Of a stretch of 64,000 nt of DNA, positions 57,699 through 64,000 are shown piece by piece (the stretch's first letter is position 1; each line of letters starts with the position of its first letter). Both the position numbers and the translations under genes were made by a program. Origin of the DNA: a virus; the IMG/VR virus record IMGVR_UViG_3300027806_000039, positions 1-64,000 of that record, one strand, 5' to 3'. The notes beneath the pieces are model-generated. The model was given only the letters and a program-made list of their open reading frames with translations. It did not search any database and had not been told where the DNA came from.

Positions 57699-59314
57699 AT
57701 GAAGAAGATTTCGGGTGTGGATGCCGAGTTGGTGACGCTGTTTGCTTCCCACCCGCCGAGCGCGAATATGCACGCCACGATGCCGTCAATGCGTCCAGTG
57801 CTCTTCTTCTTCACTGGCCGAATGTCCTCGAACGCATTGCTCTCCGTGCACACACACCCAGCCATCCACGACAGCACAGGATTTCCTCCGTGCCGAATCC
57901 GCTGCTGAAGCACAAGCGACTCAAGCAACTTCGTCGGGCTGCTCATGGAGCGGAAGCCTTGCCCGAATGATTCCACGGAGAGCCCTTCCCCTTGCAGTTC
58001 CACCCCCAGCTGCACAGCACCCGTCATGTCCATCAAGACGCGCTCCACCTTGTGCTTTTTCGCGTATTGCAGCACGTACTCGCGAATAACAGCGTGGTCG
58101 ATCACGTTGCCGTCGGTGGCCGTGATGTAGCCAGAGTTCACCCAGTGCTGGAACGGCTGGCGATCAGTCCGCTCGCGTTCCATAATCAGGTCGCGAGGCG
58201 CCCAAAACATCGCATCGATGTCGAAGGTTCCATCGTCAGACGGGAACAGAGCGACGCATGCCGAAAGGTCAGTGGACTTCGACAAGTCCATGCCGATGAT
58301 GCACTTCCTGCCGGCGAGTGGCTCTCGCGGCATTTCAGAGCAGGCCGCCCACTTCTCCGGGTCAAGCCACCTGTTCGTGCTCTCTACCCAGACCCCAAGC
58401 GAATATCTCAGCCAGCCATTGAGCTTCGACGGCTTATTCCTCGCCTCTTGAGCATCGGCCGCGAAGCTATCGACCGTCATGGTGATCCCCATGCCAGGAT
58501 TGCACCGCTTCCATACAGCCGGGTCGAAGTAGTCATCGGTCCCGTCGGCCTTGGCCGCGAAAATCTTCCCGTAGAACCTTGGGTCGTACTTCGGATCTGC
58601 CATCACCTGCTCGGCGTATTCGTGCTGCTCCCAGCAAATCGTGTCTCGTCGGTCGCCGGCCGTCGTGATCGTCGCGAGGAGCGGCTCTCGCCTTGAGCGT
58701 CCCGAGTAGCGAAGCGCCTCGAAAAGGCGTCGGTCGGGCCATGCATGCAGTTCGTCGCAGAACACGAACGAATAGGACGGCCCTTCAGCCGCACCGGCGT
58801 CGCGTGAAATCACCCGCATACTGCTGCCGGTCTGCTGGCAGACAATCGTCTTTCGCGAGTCGATCACTTCAAGCGACGCGGCCAACTCTGGCGAACGCTT
58901 CACCATCGCGGCTGTCTCGTCAAAGATGATCGCCGCCTGGTTTCGGTCTTTGGCAGCAATGCAACCCAACTCGCCGTCGCCCTCCATCAGCAAGTGCCAA
59001 ATGGAAAGACACGAAAGAAGCGTTGATTTAGCGTTTTTCTTCGGCACCTCAAGGTAGGCGAGCCGATACCGCCTGAGCCCGTCGTTCGTCTTCCACCCGT
59101 AGAGCGGCTCGATCACGTCGTGCTTGTGCCAGTCGAGCAGACGCATCGGCTCGCCGGCCTTCGCCGTTGGCGAGTCTTTCGTGTGGCAGCACACGGCCTC
59201 GAGGAATTTGATCACGAGGTCGGCGGCGTCACCGTTGTAGGTGTAGCCCTCGACCCACTCATGCCTTCTTCTTGAGGGCAAGGAACTTGGCGAGCGTGCT
59301 TTCTTGCTTGGCAT
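57695..59314 (-). CDS. terL: Terminase large subunit
   Basis: EVPKKNAKSTL, DELH, ITTAG, GMDLS..TDL, RIDGIVA. Confidence 0.95.
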   Translation of the reverse strand: MPSKKARSPSSLPSRRRHEWVEGYTYNGDAADLVIKFLEAVCCHTKDSPTAKAGEPMRLLDWHKHDVIEPLYGWKTNDGLRRYRLAYLEVPKKNAKSTLLSCLSIWHLLMEGDGELGCIAAKDRNQAAIIFDETAAMVKRSPELAASLEVIDSRKTIVCQQTGSSMRVISRDAGAAEGPSYSFVFCDELHAWPDRRLFEALRYSGRSRREPLLATITTAGDRRDTICWEQHEYAEQVMADPKYDPRFYGKIFAAKADGTDDYFDPAVWKRCNPGMGITMTVDSFAADAQEARNKPSKLNGWLRYSLGVWVESTNRWLDPEKWAACSEMPREPLAGRKCIIGMDLSKSTDLSACVALFPSDDGTFDIDAMFWAPRDLIMERERTDRQPFQHWVNSGYITATDGNVIDHAVIREYVLQYAKKHKVERVLMDMTGAVQLGVELQGEGLSVESFGQGFRSMSSPTKLLESLVLQQRIRHGGNPVLSWMAGCVCTESNAFEDIRPVKKKSTGRIDGIVACIFALGGWEANSVTNSASTPEIFFI

Positions 59315-59750
59315 CAGGCTCCACCTTGAGCGACGAACGTGCCGCAGGCGACAGGCCGAAGTCGGCTTCCAACTGCCGCAGCTGCTGGGCCAGTTTGTGA
59401 GCGATGCTCACCTCTGGCCGTTGTGCGATGTACTTGATTTCGCCGCCATCGTTCAGGATCGGGTACGTGTCACCTTCTGCCTTCAATTTCGCACGAACGG
59501 CAAGCCACCATTCGTACGTGTCGCAGTACCGGGCGAGCGCCTCAACGTCGGCCCGCGTCATCACCTTGACCGCCTGGAGCATGGGGAGCAGTTCTTGCCA
59601 TCGCTTTGCCGCGATCTCTCCAAGGTGCAGCGGCATGGCGATGCCATCAGCTGGCGGCTCCGGCTCAGCACTATTCAGCCGTTGCTTGCCAGGATTGCCA
59701 CGAAGAATCTTGAATTTCGTCGGTGTAGGACGTGGTCCGCGTCGCCCCAT
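59259..59750 (-). CDS. terS: Terminase small subunit (P27 family)
   Basis: GRRGPRPTPT..K.LRGNPGK...FGLSPAAR. Confidence 0.9.
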   Translation of the reverse strand: MGRRGPRPTPTKFKILRGNPGKQRLNSAEPEPPADGIAMPLHLGEIAAKRWQELLPMLQAVKVMTRADVEALARYCDTYEWWLAVRAKLKAEGDTYPILNDGGEIKYIAQRPEVSIAHKLAQQLRQLEADFGLSPAARSSLKVEPDAKQESTLAKFLALKKKA

Positions 59751-59752
59751 CG

Positions 59753-60742
59753 TCAGCACTCCACAAAAACTAGCCGCAATTGCCCGCCAGCCTTGTTGCT
59801 CTTCCTGCCGTTACATCTCCGGCAGAGGCACTGTGAATTGTCGAACGTGTTGCCTTTGCCTGGCACGCCCCATGACAGTGGCACGATGTGATCGTGCTCA
59901 GCGTTGCGTAGGCTGGCCTTGCGGGTTCGCTTATTGATCCGCCACGGTCCTTTATGGCACTTTGTGCCGCAGTTCTGGCAGACCCAACCGTCACGCTCGC
60001 ACACGGCCTCCCTAGTGCACACCGGGTCGAACGGGACGTTGTAGTGACGGCATTTCCGCCGAAGCGTGGTCGTTCGGGTTATCTTCGCCCAGCTCTCCCT
60101 GGCCTGGCCGGATCGCTCGGCACGCGGGCGATTCTTTCCCCATCGATGGTCCATTGAGCACTCGCGAGAGCAGAACTTGTTTTTGCCTTGCCACTCGTTC
60201 TTCAAGCTCCTCTTTGGAAATGGCTTGCCGCACTGAAGGCATTGAATCGAAGGACGGTGTCGCGTGTTGTGGAAACACGCCCGAGAGCAGAACTTGCCAT
60301 CGCCGGCTCGGCCCGCGCGCCGCTCAAACTGTTTCCCGCAGGCTGTGCAGTTGATTACGACCCGGCTGCGGCTGGCTGTGTGGCCGCACTGCGCGGAGCA
60401 GAATTTCTGCCGTGGCCGAGATGACAGAAATGCGTTCCCGCAATGCAGGCAGCAAAGCGAGTAGATTTTGTCTCTCCCTGCCCTGTGTCTTTCGCGACTG
60501 CGCGCGACCTCTTTTGCTGCCATGCATTTTGGGCACAACTTTGGGAACGGCCCTCTTCTTGGAAGCTGTGAAAGCGATGTTCCACAGCCGACGCACGCTG
60601 CGGAACTCCACTTTGTTGTCGCCCTTGATCTCAGCCTGGCGGAAGTGTTTTTCGACTTGCAAGACGGGCAGCGAATTGGCCAACGGCGTGCTGGCAACTG
60701 GCGTTGAAGTTGCGATCCGCAGTCGATGCATGCGCGAGACAT
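59753..60742 (-). CDS. HNH endonuclease with multiple Zn-finger repeats
   Basis: Repeated CxxCG..F.....KFCSxxC; RDGWVCQNCG...DHIVPL...N.QCLC..CN. Confidence 0.8.
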   Translation of the reverse strand: MSRACIDCGSQLQRQLPARRWPIRCPSCKSKNTSARLRSRATTKWSSAACVGCGTSLSQLPRRGPFPKLCPKCMAAKEVARSRERHRAGRDKIYSLCCLHCGNAFLSSRPRQKFCSAQCGHTASRSRVVINCTACGKQFERRAGRAGDGKFCSRACFHNTRHRPSIQCLQCGKPFPKRSLKNEWQGKNKFCSRECSMDHRWGKNRPRAERSGQARESWAKITRTTTLRRKCRHYNVPFDPVCTREAVCERDGWVCQNCGTKCHKGPWRINKRTRKASLRNAEHDHIVPLSWGVPGKGNTFDNSQCLCRRCNGRKSNKAGGQLRLVFVEC

Positions 60743-60899
60743 GCCAACAACATGCGGTGCCTGTCAAACGAGCAGCACCTACCCCCTGAGCGTTACCCTC
60801 GCTCACCCCTGTCGATTAGAACTTCTGGTTTCGCTCAGCAGCCCTCCAGAAAGCCTACCCCCTATGCGGTCATGCCTAGATTCTGCGCACGCGACGGCG

Positions 60900-61226
60900 T
60901 TATGCCCGGCTCTCTGCGTTCGTCTTCTTCTGGTGGCAATGCGCGCACAAACACTGGCCGCCGGCTACGTCATATCGCGACACCCCATTAACGCAGCGGT
61001 CGCTGCCGGCGACCACTGGCGAGATGTGATCGGCGTGCGCCTCTCCCTTCTTGGTGCAGAGCATGGAGCACCGGCGGCATCGCCATCCATCGCGGGTCAG
61101 CACAGCAAGACGCCACGCGAAGTGACGCTTGTCACAGTACCCACGGGAGGCAGCGTTCGGCCTAGACTCCGGCAGACTTGCTGGCCGGAGCCGAGCCTGC
61201 CGGAATCGGGGCACCCGCGTCGGCAT
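60900..61226 (-). CDS. Packaging-associated HNH endonuclease (gp74-like)
   Basis: RPNAASRGY...RD...C..C...DHI.P...LC..CH.KKT; upstream of terS. Confidence 0.8.
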   Translation of the reverse strand: MPTRVPRFRQARLRPASLPESRPNAASRGYCDKRHFAWRLAVLTRDGWRCRRCSMLCTKKGEAHADHISPVVAGSDRCVNGVSRYDVAGGQCLCAHCHQKKTNAESRA

Positions 61227-61229
61227 GCG

Positions 61230-61586
61230 TCAACTCTTCAGCGTCACGATCCCAGTGGTGCCGGTCGAGTTCGTGGTGCCACTCGCGATCCGCAGGAACG
61301 GCACGGCAAACGTCTCGTCAGGCAGCGGGTAGGCCCGGCCCTCAGTCGTGCTGGGACTCAGCGTGATCTCGCAGGCCGACCCGTCCACCTTCCGCAGACG
61401 ACGGTACGGCCCGGCCTCAGCCGACGCTGACCACATCTGGAGCGTGGTCGCGTTGGTGCTCATGGTGCCCAGATCGACCACGCCGCCGGCAAAGTCCTCG
61501 AGCCGCAGCGTGGTGCAGAGCGAGGTGGCGGTGTGCAGGGTGATCGAGACTTGGCGGGCACGCCGCCGCAGCTTCACTTCCGACAT
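61230..61586 (-). CDS. Hypothetical (possibly structural) protein
   Basis: AGGAG RBS; beta-rich. Confidence 0.55.
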   Translation of the reverse strand: MSEVKLRRRARQVSITLHTATSLCTTLRLEDFAGGVVDLGTMSTNATTLQMWSASAEAGPYRRLRKVDGSACEITLSPSTTEGRAYPLPDETFAVPFLRIASGTTNSTGTTGIVTLKS

Positions 61587-61634
61587 GGCATATCTCCTGG
61601 GTAGGCACGGGGGATGGCCCGCGACGCGGCCTCA

Positions 61635-61829
61635 TCAGCCATCCAGCGTAGGCGTCAGATCCCGTAACCTTGCAGCCTCAGCCTCTAGTTCCTCCAGGCG
61701 GTCGGCAGCTTCGAGCAGGGCGGCACGCTGAAGCCGCACCACCTCGTCAACGTGCTGGAGGTGCACGGAGAGGTAGATATTCCCGTGGTATGACGCGAGC
61801 GTGCGGAGCTTGTCGGGAAGCGAGTGCAT
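61635..61829 (-). CDS. Small hypothetical protein
   Basis: EAADRLEELEAE coiled coil. Confidence 0.5.
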   Translation of the reverse strand: MHSLPDKLRTLASYHGNIYLSVHLQHVDEVVRLQRAALLEAADRLEELEAEAARLRDLTPTLDG

Positions 61830-61850
61830 GACGGAAGGATATGGCGGTCG

Positions 61851-62048
61851 TCAATCGTCAGGCGGCTCCGGCAACGGCATCCAGTGGCTCACGTCTTGCA
61901 GTGCCGGGCGTGCCATCGCCCCAACCTCGCACTCGTAGGTGATGACCTTCACATCAACGTAGGCGTGCGGCCCGTGATGGTGGACAACGAGGTAGCGTCC
62001 CTCAGGGGGCTTGCGTTCGGCGACGGGAATCCATGCCGGCTGGCTCAT
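61851..62048 (-). CDS. DUF551-like protein
   Basis: WIPVAERKP...VSHWMPLPEPP. Confidence 0.8.
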   Translation of the reverse strand: MSQPAWIPVAERKPPEGRYLVVHHHGPHAYVDVKVITYECEVGAMARPALQDVSHWMPLPEPPDD

Positions 62049-62075
62049 GCGCTTCTTCGCCGCAGTAGCGTCACT

Positions 62076-62384
62076 TCAGCCAGGCCACGCAGGGGGCTGC
62101 GGGAGCGGCATCCAGTGGGTCGCCCTGCCCATAACAATGCTCACGTCCTCAAGGAACTCCTCGCCAAAATAGGGGCATCTCCAATGCCCCTGAAACATAT
62201 GGGCAACCGTAACCGAGCGATCTGCCGGGTTATCTCCCTGGACGAAAACGGCAACGGCAATGCGCTCCTCTGGCAGCCGCTCCGTCACCGGAATCCAACC
62301 GTCAAGGATCGCTTGACGGTTCGCCGCAGAACCAGCGGATGCAAGAGACGGCTCAGCCGCGCCGTGCGTGTTGTCATCGCTCAT
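62076..62384 (-). CDS. DUF551-like protein starting inside attC-like site 1
   Basis: WIPVTERLP...THWMPLPQPP; N-terminus MSDDNTHGAAEPSLASAGS encoded by the hairpin. Confidence 0.8.
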   Translation of the reverse strand: MSDDNTHGAAEPSLASAGSAANRQAILDGWIPVTERLPEERIAVAVFVQGDNPADRSVTVAHMFQGHWRCPYFGEEFLEDVSIVMGRATHWMPLPQPPAWPG

Positions 62385-62413
62385 CGTTCGCCGCTCCTGA
62401 TCCTTGGCGTTCT
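62328..62413 (+). other. Integron attC-like recombination site 1
   Basis: AGAAC-CAGC-GGAT[G]CAAGAG[A]CGGC...GCCG-CTCCTG-ATCC-TTGGC-GTTCT with two unpaired bases on the left arm. Confidence 0.75.
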
Positions 62414-62417
62414 ACGG

Positions 62418-62660
62418 CTATCCGTTGCCGCACTCTTTGCACGCCGGTTTCTGGCCATCGCTGGCAATCTCCTGCGGAAACCTGTACTTGCCGCACCGCG
62501 CGCATCGTCGCTGCCTAAGTCCAGCCTTGTACTGAATGGCGGCCCACTCATCCCAATCGCAATACCCGGAAGGCGGTTGATCTCCCGGCTTATATGGCCC
62601 ACCCGAGAGCGTGATGAATCCAACTCTCCGACCGCGTGAATCCGTGATTGAAGCATCCAT
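62418..62660 (-). CDS. Small Zn-ribbon protein
   Basis: P.GY..W.EWA....KAGLRQ.RC.RCG...FPQE...CKEC. Confidence 0.6.
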   Translation of the reverse strand: MDASITDSRGRRVGFITLSGGPYKPGDQPPSGYCDWDEWAAIQYKAGLRQRRCARCGKYRFPQEIASDGQKPACKECGNG

Positions 62661-62683
62661 TGGAAATCCACAACGCTGGCGAC

Positions 62684-63208
62684 CTATGGCTCCAGAATGA
62701 AGGCTGCGATGTGCCGCCCCGTCCCCTTGCCCTTGGATCCGTCCTCGGTTGCGTGCCACCTAACGTCGCCAAGGTTTCGCACCTTCGCTGCCCCGCAGGC
62801 GGCAAGCATCATCAGAACCCACTTGTCCACCGGGTACACCACCACCGACAACTTGCCCTTCCGCTGCTCCTCAATCGCCTTTCGCATCCATGCCGTTGGC
62901 CCCTTCTTGCGGCCGTTGTGGATGATGGATCCGAATGGCGGGTTGACGTAGTTGCTGCTCCCCCACTCGCAAGTAAGTCCGTCGAATCCAGGTGGCACAG
63001 GGTACGGGCATGGGTCAAAGTCGAAATGAAACTCGGCGTCCAGTTCGGCGTATAGCTCTGGTGGCGTCAGCCAGTAGTGTTTGCCGTCGTCTCCGTTGCC
63101 GACGTGGAACTTGTTGAGGTGAGGCGGGAGCGTGCTCTGGTGCGCCGCCGTAGAACCAAGCGATGGAGCAGACGGCGGGAATGGAGTCCAAAGTGATAGC
63201 TGCGTCAT
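62684..63208 (-). CDS. Phage DNA N6-adenine methyltransferase
   Basis: WLTPPELY..L..EF.FDFDPCP, DGL...W, VNPPF. Confidence 0.8.
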   Translation of the reverse strand: MTQLSLWTPFPPSAPSLGSTAAHQSTLPPHLNKFHVGNGDDGKHYWLTPPELYAELDAEFHFDFDPCPYPVPPGFDGLTCEWGSSNYVNPPFGSIIHNGRKKGPTAWMRKAIEEQRKGKLSVVVYPVDKWVLMMLAACGAAKVRNLGDVRWHATEDGSKGKGTGRHIAAFILEP

Positions 63209-63238
63209 GTGTCCGCCGCTGCTCATCGCCAGCGTTCT
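63152..63238 (+). other. Integron attC-like recombination site 2
   Basis: AGAAC-CAA-GCGAT[G]GAGCAG[A]CGGCGG...CCGCCG-CTGCTC-ATCGC-CAGC-GTTCT. Confidence 0.8.
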
Positions 63239-63242
63239 GTGG

Positions 63243-63461
63243 CTACTTGCCGTCCGTTGGCGGGGCCGGGAGCGGCATCCAGTGGGTCGGCGGGTCTATC
63301 GGTTCTGGGTAGCAGAACCAACCCGCTTCACGATCAATGCCGCCTCCGCTGCTGGCGTCGTGCCATTGGCACTCGAAGACCGGGTCGCCCGGACGCCACC
63401 CGAGGACCGACGTGCCATCTTGCGGCAGTCGTTCGCCCACCGAAATCCATTTGCTTTCCAT
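63243..63461 (-). CDS. DUF551-like protein
   Basis: WISVGERLP...PTHWMPLPAPP. Confidence 0.8.
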   Translation of the reverse strand: MESKWISVGERLPQDGTSVLGWRPGDPVFECQWHDASSGGGIDREAGWFCYPEPIDPPTHWMPLPAPPTDGK

Positions 63462-63466
63462 GCCCG

Positions 63467-64000
63467 CACTTTCGCTCGGTAACGCCTCTTCACACCGCCG
63501 ACAGTAGCGGAGTCTCAATGTACGCGCCCCACTGGTCGGCCATCGCCGCTGCGATCCCTTCGTAGGTCTTGCTTCTGATCTTCCAGCGGTCGGGCGACGG
63601 GGCCAGTTTGTTCTGCCCGCTCGCGGTCTGGTTCTCCCAGCGATCCCGGTGCTCCAGCACGTTCGTCGCCCGCAGATGAGGCAAGCCCTTTAGCCAGAGA
63701 CAGGTAGCCTTCGACTCTGGGTGGCCGAACTGCCAAGGCTGGATGGTCTGGTCGGGCTTCCGCCAGAGCGATGACATGATGCAGACCGGGTTTTCTATGG
63801 CAATGTGCGGTATATCGGCCTTTGCTAGCCGCATGAAAAACGACACGCTCGCCTGCTGCCTGCCGTCCATTCGCTTCGCTTGGAAGTGCCTCGCCCCGCT
63901 TACGGACAGGTCGGTGCATGGCGGGTGGGCGATCATCAAGTCCCACGGGTAGTCCAGAACATCGCGGACATCGCCTTGGTAGTGCGGGCCGGGCGTCTCG
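63467..64000. repeat. Direct repeat copy 2 (runs off the window edge)
   Basis: Same sequence as 15914-16447. Confidence 0.95.
63490..64000 (-). CDS. DNA cytosine methyltransferase-like protein (identical copy, start beyond window)
   Basis: Identical to the 3' part of 15937-16545. Confidence 0.8.
   Translation of the reverse strand, partial: ETPGPHYQGDVRDVLDYPWDLMIAHPPCTDLSVSGARHFQAKRMDGRQQASVSFFMRLAKADIPHIAIENPVCIMSSLWRKPDQTIQPWQFGHPESKATCLWLKGLPHLRATNVLEHRDRWENQTASGQNKLAPSPDRWKIRSKTYEGIAAAMADQWGAYIETPLLSAV

Larger units (their letters stand above)
62410..63234. mobile_element. Integron-type gene cassette with antisense genes
   Basis: Left end G/TTCTACGGC is the exact reverse complement of GCCGTAGAAC (63147-63156). 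Confidence 0.7.
15914..63466 (-). mobile_element. Apparently complete ~47.55 kb HK97-like temperate siphophage B
   Basis: Full gene set (terS/terL/portal/protease/MCP/tail/integrase/repressor/replication/lysis) between direct repeats offset by 47553 bp. Confidence 0.8.

Noticed and set aside
1-64000. Alternative genetic code, tRNA or rRNA genes
   Set aside because: Core genes read intact in the standard code, and no cloverleaf or rRNA-like sequence was recognised by eye

Overview
The window is GC-rich, almost entirely minus-strand tailed-phage (siphovirus-like) DNA, and it appears to be two related genomes joined together. Bases 1-15913 are the tail, lysis and nucleotide-metabolism part of phage A. 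Bases 15914-63466 form an apparently complete ~47.55 kb HK97-like temperate phage B, with terminase, portal, protease, capsid, tail, integrase/repressor, recombination-replication, glycosyltransferase and lysis modules. Phage B is bounded by an exact direct repeat of at least 534 bp covering a DNA methyltransferase gene (15914-16447 = 63467-64000). A Planctomycetota-like host is my inference from recall of similar phages and is not shown by the sequence. The most striking signal lies in the accessory region. Two integron attC-like palindromes (62328-62413, 63152-63238) have cross-complementary ends showing that an 825-bp cassette (62410-63234) was inserted at G/TT. Its genes run antisense to the attC, and the genes beside each site start inside its hairpin loop. 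No IntI is recognisable in the window. Nearby are a second short gene-boundary motif, duplicated leaderless promoters, a dense palindrome array and a candidate structured RNA upstream of an extra tyrosine recombinase. All product calls come from reading motifs by eye; no database search was run.
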